A program made the translations under genes and the position numbers. A DNA stretch of 64,000 nucleotides from an uncultured Actinomycetota bacterium (lineage in GTDB: Bacteria > Actinomycetota > Actinomycetes > JACCUZ01): NCBI GenBank assembly GCA_963789855.1, contig CAWBMM010000008.1:14005-78004 (forward strand). The letters are read 5' to 3'. The notes beneath the pieces were generated by a model that was given only the letters and a program-made list of their open reading frames with translations, did not search any database and was not told where the DNA came from. Shown one piece after another: positions 1 to 7,372 of this stretch. Numbering within the stretch: the stretch's first letter is position 1; each line of letters opens with the position of its first letter.

Positions 1-32
1 GCTGCGTACGATCCGACGGTTGCCGAGACGTC

Positions 33-84
33 GGCGGAGCCGGGTGGACGTCCTGAGACGACGTTAATGATGGTCGGTGAAGAC
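33..84. repeat. Copy 1 of a dispersed ~52-nt intergenic element
   Basis: Positions 59-84 are identical (26/26) to 4998-5023. Read on the minus strand, the conserved blocks are GTCTTCACCGACCATCATTAACGTCG-N3-CAGG-N3-TCC-N7-TCCGCC. It lies downstream of the amidohydrolase stop, in non-coding DNA. Confidence 0.8.
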
Positions 85-232
85 GGAGCAGGGCACCTGG
101 GTGATGTCTGAGCAGGTGTGGCGCAGCAAATTCACCGTGCGCCTCGATGGTGAGTAGGTAAAGGGAACGCGTGGCCGGTCGCCGGCTGCCGGGAATGCGG
201 CAGTCGCGCTGGCATGGTGCGCACGTCAGAGG

Positions 233-1417
233 TCAGACCTGGCGGGTGCCGTGGACGACGACCGCCTGAACGTCGCGGATGTTGGTGATGTCGGCGAGCG
301 GGTCGCCGGCGACGACTAGCAGGTCAGCGCTCAGCCCTGGCCGCAGCCGCCCGGTGGTGTTCGCGAGGCCGACGGTGTCGGCGGCTACCGAGGTTGCGGA
401 CGCGAGCACATCCGCTGTGGCGACTCCGGCCTGGGCGAGCCCGACCAGGGCTTCGGGCAGGACGCCGTGCCGCTTGCCGGGGTTGATGCCGGCATCCGAG
501 CCCGACACCAGGACCACGCCGGCGCGGTGCAGGTCGGCGAACATCGCTGCCCGGCTCTCCAGCGTCATGCCGGTGCGGCGCAACATCTCCAGCACGGCCG
601 GTGGCGGCGGCGCGTCCTTGAACGCTCCGAGGGTCGGGCACACCGGGGTGCGGCGGGCGGCGAGGTCTGCGACGATCGAGGGGTCTGGGCCGAAGCCGGA
701 CTCGTGCACGAAGGATGCGTGCTCGATGACGTCGACCGCAGCGTCGAGGGCATCCCGGATGGATCGTGACGAGTGGGCGTGGGCGGCCACCGGTAGACCG
801 GCGCGGTGGGCCTCCTCGACGATGACGCGCAGGTCGTCGACGTCGAACTGGGCGGCGGCGGCGTCGCTGCCGGGGGTGTTCACACCACCGCTGGCCATCA
901 CTTTCACGGCATCCACGGACCGCCCGGCCCGTACTCGGACCGCCTGACGCAGCGCGTCTGCGCCGGCAGCTTCACCGCCCATGTTCGCGCAGTGACCGCC
1001 AGGTGTCGTGATGGGCGGGCCGCTCCCGAGGACCCGGGGGAAGGTCGTGTCGTCGCGGTGCGCGTCGCGCCAGTCCACGACCGCGTAGCCGCGGTCGCCT
1101 AGGTCACGGACCGTGGTGACACCGGCGGCGAGTTGAGCGCGCAGCGACACCGCGATGACGGCGGCCATCTCGTCGTCGGTCGCCGCGGGGATGCGTTCGA
1201 GGGCGCCTGGACCGCTGTCGCAGCACAAGTGGGCGTGCATCTCCAGCAGCCCCGGCAGCAGCGTCCCTCCGGGGTAGGACACGACCGGGCAGCCCGGCGG
1301 CAGCGCCTCCTCAGGCGTCAGAACTGCGGCGATGATGCCGCCGTCGACCAGGACCGACGACCCGGCCGGCAGCAGCCGTTCACCGTCGAACACTCTCCCG
1401 GCGGTCCACGCTTCCAC
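233..1417 (-). CDS. Metal-dependent amidohydrolase family protein
   Basis: 394-aa ORF with a GTG start and high GC3. It carries amidohydrolase-fold motifs: LLPGLLEMHAHL (HxH), VKVMASGG, AAHAHS and VSGSDAG. Confidence 0.8.
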   Translation of the reverse strand: MEAWTAGRVFDGERLLPAGSSVLVDGGIIAAVLTPEEALPPGCPVVSYPGGTLLPGLLEMHAHLCCDSGPGALERIPAATDDEMAAVIAVSLRAQLAAGVTTVRDLGDRGYAVVDWRDAHRDDTTFPRVLGSGPPITTPGGHCANMGGEAAGADALRQAVRVRAGRSVDAVKVMASGGVNTPGSDAAAAQFDVDDLRVIVEEAHRAGLPVAAHAHSSRSIRDALDAAVDVIEHASFVHESGFGPDPSIVADLAARRTPVCPTLGAFKDAPPPPAVLEMLRRTGMTLESRAAMFADLHRAGVVLVSGSDAGINPGKRHGVLPEALVGLAQAGVATADVLASATSVAADTVGLANTTGRLRPGLSADLLVVAGDPLADITNIRDVQAVVVHGTRQV

Positions 1418-1753
1418 CGCGGCCTCCGATCCGACTCGCGCCGTGTGCGGCGCCCGCCCAGCTCAGCATGCCCGGTTCCCTATCCGCCGCGGAAGGTCGC
1501 CGTCGCGGGCGTCCCGCTAGGGGGATCAGCGACTGAACCCGATGCCGGTCACTGTTCGCTGGCGGCTGGTCGCTGCTGCGGCGGCGTGGTCGGGTGCCGA
1601 AGGTGCTGGTACTGGGGCGGCGAGGCCGCGATCAGGCCGTGGGGTCGCCTGCGGACAGCCATTCGTGACTCGGGATGGATCGTCGGCCACCCACGGGTGA
1701 GAGGGGGTGGTGAGAGCGTCCGTGACGAGCCGATCGGGCGAGAATCGGACCCC

Positions 1754-1805
1754 GGCGGACTCGAATGGACCGGCCTGTTACGACGCATTGATGGTTGGTG
1801 AAGAT
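1754..1805. repeat. Copy 2 (diverged) of the dispersed ~52-nt element
   Basis: Minus-strand reading is ATCTTCACCAACCATCAA-TGCGTCG-TAA-CAGG-...-TCC-N7-TCCGCC. It shares the same blocks as copies 1 and 3, with one deletion and one compensating insertion. It sits in the 620-nt divergent gap between the amidohydrolase and lipoprotein genes. Confidence 0.65.
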
Positions 1806-2037
1806 GGGGAGGCCACCCGGCTGGCATTTCTTACTGCAGTTCCCGGGCGGGGCCACACCGCTGCCCTCGGCAGTCGGAGTGAGGGCTCTGTCCGATTGAC
1901 GTTCGCATGGTTTGAGTAATTGATCGGGCACTCCGCGCAGGGTGAGCCTGCCGCATTCCGGCTGCTCCGTGGTCGGTCCCAGGGAGGGATTCTCTTGCCC
2001 CGGTAAACCAGATCCGCGCCAGTGCGTCACTTGGAAC

Positions 2038-3036
2038 ATGGACGATCGACATGCACTGCGTAGCGTGCTGGTGCTGGCGGTGGCGGCAGTCGTGGCCGGC
2101 TGCACCGGTGGCCAGGGGAGGACTTCGGAGGCGGGCGCGGTCACACCGGCGGCGGCGACCGCAATCCCTTCGCCGTCGGCGATGCGCCCAGCGCCGGTCG
2201 CCCACACCGTGATCGCGGTCGGGCACGCCCCGCACCGGGTGACGGTGGCGGCCGGCGCGGTCTGGGTGGCCGGTGGGACCGGCTCGGTGTACCGGATCGC
2301 TCCCGGTGCCGGGACAGCGCGCCTGGTGCGGGACACCGGCCGCCAGCTGACCGAGGTCACCGCCGCCGCGGGGCGGGTTTTCGCCGGTGACAACCGCGGC
2401 AGCCGTCTCATGGTGTTCGACGCCGTGACCGGGCGAGAGCTGCGGGCGTTGCGTATGCCCGGCCCGGTCCGTGGGGTGGTCGCCGGGCTGGGCGCGGTCT
2501 GGGTGACCGCCGGGTCGGCCGTGGTCCGGGTGGACCCGGCGAGGCTACGAGTGGACAGCGTCACCGAGATCGGTGGTGAAGCGGCCCAGATGGCTTTCGC
2601 CGGGCGCTCGGTGGTCGTCTCCAACCGGGCGCTGGGGACGCTGGTGCAGCTCGACGACCACGGCCAACTGGGGGGCACCGTGGATGTCGAGGGACCCACG
2701 ATCGGGTTGGTGGTGACCGGCACGCGGATCTTCGCCGCGCGCAGCGACCGGCCCGGGATGGCGGTGCTCAGCCGCGATCGATTCGCACACGTGGGCGACG
2801 TCGAGCTGCCGGGCGTGAGCTACGGCGGTGCTGTCGTCGGCGACGAGGTGTGGCTGACCCTGGTCGACCAGGACGCGCTGGTCCGGCTGTCTGAGTCCGG
2901 GGTGGTGCTCGGCCTGGTGCGGGTAGGGCGGCAGCCGTTGGGGATCGCCGCTGCGGGCGGTTCGGTGTGGGTCGCCAACGAGGGGGACGGCTCGCTCTGG
3001 CGTTTGCCGGTGGGCACCCCGACAGTGGGGACGTGA
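2038..3036 (+). CDS. Lipoprotein with beta-propeller-type repeats (NHL/YVTN/Vgb-like)
   Basis: ORF 1942-3036 trimmed to ATG 2038. It has a signal peptide plus lipobox (LAVAAVVAGCTGG). The body consists of repeated units such as GAVWVAGGTGSVYRI, GAVWVTAGSAVVRVDP and GSVWVANEGDGSLWRL. The stop overlaps the next start (GTGA). Confidence 0.65.
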   Translation: MDDRHALRSVLVLAVAAVVAGCTGGQGRTSEAGAVTPAAATAIPSPSAMRPAPVAHTVIAVGHAPHRVTVAAGAVWVAGGTGSVYRIAPGAGTARLVRDTGRQLTEVTAAAGRVFAGDNRGSRLMVFDAVTGRELRALRMPGPVRGVVAGLGAVWVTAGSAVVRVDPARLRVDSVTEIGGEAAQMAFAGRSVVVSNRALGTLVQLDDHGQLGGTVDVEGPTIGLVVTGTRIFAARSDRPGMAVLSRDRFAHVGDVELPGVSYGGAVVGDEVWLTLVDQDALVRLSESGVVLGLVRVGRQPLGIAAAGGSVWVANEGDGSLWRLPVGTPTVGT

Positions 3037-3572
3037 CCGGGGCGGAGGTGGGTGCGGCGGAGCGGGCTTCCGACCGGGATGCCGCGATGGCCACCTGCTT
3101 CGCCGCGCACTATTCGCGGCTGGTGCGCACCGCGCTGCTCCTGGTGGACGACCGGGAGACCGCGGAGGACGTCGTGATGGATGCCTTCGTCGGGCTGCGG
3201 CTGCGGTGGCGGTTCCTGAACGATCCCTCCGATGCGTTCCGCTACCTGCGGTCCAGCGTCCTCAACGGCGCCCGCAGCAAGCTCCGCCGGCGGCGGGTCA
3301 GCCGGCTCCTCGACCGGCGCCGGCTGGTCGAGGCGATAGGCACCGTCGTCTCCGCCGAGACCACGGTGCTCACCCACGACCGCGACAGCGCTCTGGGGAA
3401 GGCCGTGCGCGACCTGCCACGACGTCAGAAGGAAGTGGTCGTCCTGCGCTACTACCTGGACATGAGCGAGGCCGAGATCGCCCAGGCGCTCGGCATCAGC
3501 CAGGGGGCGGTCAAGTCGCACGCCTCGCGGGCGCTCCGGGCTCTCGCCCGCACGACGGAGGGGTCGTCGTGA
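3033..3572 (+). CDS. ECF-family RNA polymerase sigma-70 factor
   Basis: Region 2 (ETAEDVVMDAFVGL) and a region 4 HTH (RRQKEVVVLRYYLDMSEAEIAQALGISQGAVKSHASRALRAL). The in-frame GTG 3033 overlaps the upstream stop, and its own stop overlaps the downstream GTG. Confidence 0.85.
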   Translation: MTGAEVGAAERASDRDAAMATCFAAHYSRLVRTALLLVDDRETAEDVVMDAFVGLRLRWRFLNDPSDAFRYLRSSVLNGARSKLRRRRVSRLLDRRRLVEAIGTVVSAETTVLTHDRDSALGKAVRDLPRRQKEVVVLRYYLDMSEAEIAQALGISQGAVKSHASRALRALARTTEGSS

Positions 3573-4666
3573 CCGGCCGGGACCTCGACGCCGAGCTGCG
3601 TGCCTACCTGCACGGCCAGGTCGACGGCGAGCAGGTGGAGATCGGCACCGCGATGGCCGCCTTCCCCGACCGGGTCGACCACCGACGGCGGCAGCGCCGG
3701 ACCCTCGCCGCCGTCGCCGCGGCGATCGTCGCCGCCGTGATCGTGACCCTGCCCACCGTCGGAGCGGACCGGCAGGCTGTGCCTCCGGCGGAGCAGCAGG
3801 GAGACGAGGTACGCACGGTCACACCCACCGGCACGACGCCGGTCGAGCTGGGCGGCAAGCCGCTGCGGCTGGCGGCGGTCCGGGGATCCGTGTGGGCGGC
3901 GCTGGACGACGGCGGCGTGGTCCGGGTCGACCCGGCCACCGGGCAGGCGAGCACCGTCGCCGAGCTTCCGAGCAGCCTGTTCGACATCGAGGTGGCCCGC
4001 CGCTGGGTGTGGGTGTCTCAGCCCTTCGACAGGCGGGTCCAGGCGATCGACTCGGAAACCGGCCGGGTGGTGCACACCGTCACCACCGGGGCGCCCGGCC
4101 CGCGCGGGATGCAGCTCGTCGGCGACAGCCTCTGGTTCGCCGCCGGCGCCGAGCTGTTCGAGGTAGACGCCGAGACCGGCCAGGTCCGGCGCACCCTCGC
4201 CCTGCCTGGCGTCACGCAACCGTACGACGTCGCGGTCACCCGCGACGCCGCCTGGGTCACCGATTCCCAGGGCACCTCGGTCACCCGGCTCCCCCTGTCC
4301 GGAGGGCCGGCCCAGCAGGTGCCGGTCGGAACGGGCAGCACCGGAGTCGTCTCGGCCGTCGGCGCAATCTGGGTGGCCCTAGCCGCCACCGACAACCTCA
4401 TCCGGCTGGACCCGGACACCGGCGCCGTTCTCTCCCGCCCCTCGCTGCCGGCGCCCGGCCTCGCCCTCAACGTGATCGGCCCCTCGGTGTGGGCCGGCGT
4501 CCCGGACGCCGACCAGGTCGTGTCGTTCGACGCGGCCTCCGGGCGGCAGACCCGACGGTGGGCGGTCGGTGACTACCCGCCCTACGTCGTCGGCGACCAC
4601 AACGCCGTCTACGTCTCGAGCAACAAGTCAGGAGAGATGGTGCGCGTGCCCCTCGACCAGCGATGA
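3569..4666 (+). CDS. Single-pass membrane protein with extracytoplasmic beta-propeller repeats (putative anti-sigma/sensor)
   Basis: GTG 3569 lies in the frame of ORF 3206-4666. It has a short N-terminus and one TM helix (LAAVAAAIVAAVIVTLPTV). Repeats follow (SVWAALDDGGVVRVDPATG, WVWVSQ, SLWFAAG, AAWVTDSQGTSVTRL, AIWVALAATDNLIRLDP) that resemble 2038-3036. It occupies the anti-sigma position but has no HxxxCxxC motif. Confidence 0.6.
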   Translation: MTGRDLDAELRAYLHGQVDGEQVEIGTAMAAFPDRVDHRRRQRRTLAAVAAAIVAAVIVTLPTVGADRQAVPPAEQQGDEVRTVTPTGTTPVELGGKPLRLAAVRGSVWAALDDGGVVRVDPATGQASTVAELPSSLFDIEVARRWVWVSQPFDRRVQAIDSETGRVVHTVTTGAPGPRGMQLVGDSLWFAAGAELFEVDAETGQVRRTLALPGVTQPYDVAVTRDAAWVTDSQGTSVTRLPLSGGPAQQVPVGTGSTGVVSAVGAIWVALAATDNLIRLDPDTGAVLSRPSLPAPGLALNVIGPSVWAGVPDADQVVSFDAASGRQTRRWAVGDYPPYVVGDHNAVYVSSNKSGEMVRVPLDQR

Positions 4667-4971
4667 CGCCGCCCGGCTGATTGCGGCAGACGAGCATCTG
4701 CCCCTGCTCCGACATCCGCATCATGCCCGGCATGACCGACGACAAGGCATCGTCGCCGTTACAGCAGGCGAGCCGATGTCGACGGGATCGACCCCGTCCT
4801 CGCAACGCGACTGCTCGACCAGCTGGTTCGAGCGGATCTGGTTTGCACCCGGCTCGCAGCTATCGGAGCTGCCGCCATCCCCGGAGGACCTCGCTCAGCG
4901 CTTGCTCCAGGTTCTGGGACTCGCAATCGAGATAGGCGCGCGCATTCCCGAGCATTCGGCCGGCGGCATCA

Positions 4972-5040
4972 GGCGGACGGCCACGGATCGCCTGATTCGA
5001 CGTTAATGATGGTCGGTGAAGACCGACCATCAATATGTCG
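4972..5040. repeat. Copy 3 of the dispersed element, here extended into a hairpin
   Basis: 4972-5023 aligns with copies 1 and 2. In addition, TGATGGTCGG (5007-5016) pairs perfectly with CCGACCATCA (5023-5032) across the loop TGAAGA. The imperfect arms extend to 4998-5040. Confidence 0.8.
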
Positions 5041-5279
5041 TTCCACCCGAGACGTCAGAAGACAACCTGATGGGTCGATCGGGTCGATGTGGGATCAACG
5101 GGCCATGCGCGGAGTGGGACTTCCGCCAAGTGAGCGGCTGATGGGCACAAGGTGTGCACGAACCGTCTGAGAATCGGTTCAATTCACTACACGGTTGCCC
5201 GACAATCGAAAACGCTGTGACCTGCGGAAATGGCACTTTCCGGTAGTACTCGTCATCCCTCCGGACCCCATTGATCTAG

Positions 5280-5321
5280 CTCATAATCCCTCGGTCGCGG
5301 GTTCGAGTCCCGCCCACCCCA
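5280..5321 (+). other. tRNA(CAT) 3'-half remnant (anticodon loop to discriminator), att-like
   Basis: The sequence CTCATAA-TCCCT-CGGTC-GCGGG-TTCGAGT-CCCGC-CCACCCC-A gives an anticodon loop with CAT, a variable loop, a perfect T arm and a 3' acceptor strand. No complementary 5' acceptor, D arm or 5' anticodon stem lies upstream. Confidence 0.6.
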
Positions 5322-5458
5322 CACGGTCTGACCTGGACCGATGCCACCGTGGAGATCGTTTCGGATGCCCGGAATGTGTTCGCGAGCTTGGTTTTCCTCG
5401 TCCGGGTTCCGAGATGCGGTTCGGGCATCGAGGACGTGGAGCAGGCGATCTCAGACGC

Positions 5459-5566
5459 GGCGTCCACCAGCAGGGCGAGGACTGCTTCGATGCCGCCGTA
5501 CGCCGTGGGCGGGATCTCGTAGAACGGCGGGGCCACCATGGCGATCCGCAGCGGCTTAGTGGTCAT
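5459..5566 (-). pseudogene. N-terminal fragment of a GT4-type glycosyltransferase
   Basis: MTTKPLRIAMVAPPFYEIPPTAYGGIEAVLALLVDA matches the typical GT4 N-terminus (MRIAMVAPPW.EIPP.GYGGIEAVV). Similarity is lost after about 36 aa, and the ORF then runs through the tRNA remnant. Confidence 0.5.
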
Positions 5567-5656
5567 GTCGTCCCCCGATTCGGTGATGCCCGCCAGAACC
5601 GGGCTGCGGTTCCCGCGGAGTCGGCCTGGCGGTGCGCCGCCATACCCGAGGCAGGG

Positions 5657-6076
5657 TCAGGACGCCGGCGGTCCAGGCGTCGCCAGGGTGGACAGCTCAC
5701 GCGGGATGGTGACGGTGAACTCGTCGATGGCGACGTCGAGTCCGAGCAGGACGATCTCGACCGGGCCGATGTTGAGGCAGAAGGCGTCCGGGGTTGAGCT
5801 CAGCTCCGTGGCTGCGGTGTGGCGGCGGCTGCCCATCCCGAGATGTGCGCCGTCCGCGGTGGTCAGGCTGCCGGCGAACACTCCGACAGCGGCGCTCTGG
5901 CCGTACTGGTCCACCAGCCGCTCCAGTCGATAGGTGCCGCTGAAGACTCCGTCTGCCCCGACCGTGCCTTCCGCGGCCAAGATACGGCCGCTGACCGTCG
6001 TCACCCTGACCGAGGACATTGGGCCTTGGTACGGCAGGGGCTTGGGCGTGGGGACAGCGATCACGGGACACTCCAA
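5657..6076 (-). CDS. Hypothetical protein
   Basis: 139-aa ORF with coding-like GC3 and no recognised domain. An alternative ATG start at 6019 gives MSSVRVTT. Confidence 0.4.
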   Translation of the reverse strand: MECPVIAVPTPKPLPYQGPMSSVRVTTVSGRILAAEGTVGADGVFSGTYRLERLVDQYGQSAAVGVFAGSLTTADGAHLGMGSRRHTAATELSSTPDAFCLNIGPVEIVLLGLDVAIDEFTVTIPRELSTLATPGPPAS

Positions 6077-6534
6077 ATGGGCTGGCGGGTGGGCAATGCC
6101 TGACCGTGTAGACCGCTCGAACCCCCGCGGATGACGCGACCCGGGCTCACCTGGTTCCCCCCGATCGCGTTCGGTAGCGCGCTGGCGCCCACCGACCTAC
6201 TCCTGGAGCGTGCGCTCGTCCACGCCGCCTGCGCTTGAGGCAGCGCAACTGATCGGTGACCTGGCGGCCGCAGTAGAGCACCGCCAGCACGCGATCGCCC
6301 TCTACGACGCCAAGGAGAACGTCGTCGGAGCCGCGTAGAACGGGCCTTGTTGGCAGCGCAGTTCTCGTAGTCGCCCGAAACTGCCCTTCGTGGAACGCCG
6401 GGATCGCTGGTGCCCCGTGCCAGCCGTAGATGGGCTGACGAGCAACAAGTCCGGCTGCAATCGGTCGAGCCCGCCGCCGGCGACACGGAACTCCGTGTGC
6501 GCTCAGCTGCGGGCTCGGCCCACCGAGCTGGTGC

Positions 6535-7224
6535 TCAGCGGCTGATCGTGCTCCGCCCGAGCGCCATGCCGGTGAAGGCGACGACCATCCACAGCGGGGT
6601 GACGACGCCGGGGAAGCCGGGCAGCCCGGTGCCGCCCGTCATCGCGACGACGGCGAGCACCGGAAGCACGCTGACGACGCCGATCCAGCGCGACACGAGC
6701 CGCTCGCGCAGCGCCATCCAGGCCACCGCTCCGGCCGCGACCGTGACGCCGAGCCAGCCGATGAACGAGCCGAAGTCGTTGAGCAGGTAGTAGACGTACA
6801 GGCCCTCGCGACCGAACATACCGGCGTCCATCCCGCCCGGCAGGTAGACCGCCATTGCGCCTTTCCAGCCGTAGCCCAGGGTGAGCGCGCCGGCGGCCGA
6901 GGTCAGCGCCAACGGGACCACCCGCGCGGCAGTGCTCGACAGCACTCGGGGCTCGACGTGCCGTCGCCACGCGGCGGCGAGCACGAGCAGCAGCGCGACG
7001 GTGACGTACCCCACAACGACACTGACGTGGGCCTTGCCCTGGCTGAGCTGGTCGACGACGGCCGGGGTCGCGTCGGACGAGCCGCCGTCGACGTGCAGGT
7101 CGGTGACGAGGGTGGCGACCAGGCCGGTGAGGCCGGCGGCCGAGCCGAGCAGCAGCCATCGCTGCCTCTGCGGCGCGGGCGCGAGGTCGGGTCCGAGGTG
7201 GGTGGTGGTGGCGGTGCTGGTCAT
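6535..7224 (-). CDS. Integral membrane protein (about 6 TM)
   Basis: ORF 6535-7452 trimmed to ATG 7224 (MTSTATTTHLG). It has multiple hydrophobic helices and is divergent from the histidine kinase gene. Confidence 0.6.
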   Translation of the reverse strand: MTSTATTTHLGPDLAPAPQRQRWLLLGSAAGLTGLVATLVTDLHVDGGSSDATPAVVDQLSQGKAHVSVVVGYVTVALLLVLAAAWRRHVEPRVLSSTAARVVPLALTSAAGALTLGYGWKGAMAVYLPGGMDAGMFGREGLYVYYLLNDFGSFIGWLGVTVAAGAVAWMALRERLVSRWIGVVSVLPVLAVVAMTGGTGLPGFPGVVTPLWMVVAFTGMALGRSTISR

Positions 7225-7372
7225 GTCGGTCTCCGCTGTCTGGTGCCGTGGGACCTCCCCTCGGCGTCTGCGGTCACGATCAGCGGGGCGGTGTCCCGGG
7301 CGCCAGGGACACCGGTCTCGGTTTTTCGGGAACCAGCGGCGCGGCCCGGCGCTGGCAGGCGACCATGACCCG

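Noticed and set aside
1418-2037. Riboswitch or leader in the 620-nt divergent gap upstream of the amidohydrolase and lipoprotein genes
   Set aside because: I compared it by eye with remembered cobalamin, TPP, ZTP, ydaO and guanidine motifs and found no convincing match. Only the dispersed-element copy is reportable.
4667-5279. Integrase or transposase next to the tRNA remnant
   Set aside because: Only short, mutually out-of-frame coding-like scraps are present, and none has a motif I can assign. No mobile-element gene can be supported anywhere in the window.
5231-5325. Complete tRNA gene
   Set aside because: Only the anticodon loop, variable loop, T arm and 3' acceptor strand are present. 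No GGGGTGG 5' acceptor, D arm or complementary 5' anticodon stem lies upstream.
6881-7372. 164-codon N-terminal extension of the histidine kinase ORF
   Set aside because: It overlaps the convergently oriented coding sequence of the membrane protein (6535-7224) in antisense and has no kinase-like or TM features. The in-frame GTG 7373 gives a normal polytopic N-terminus.
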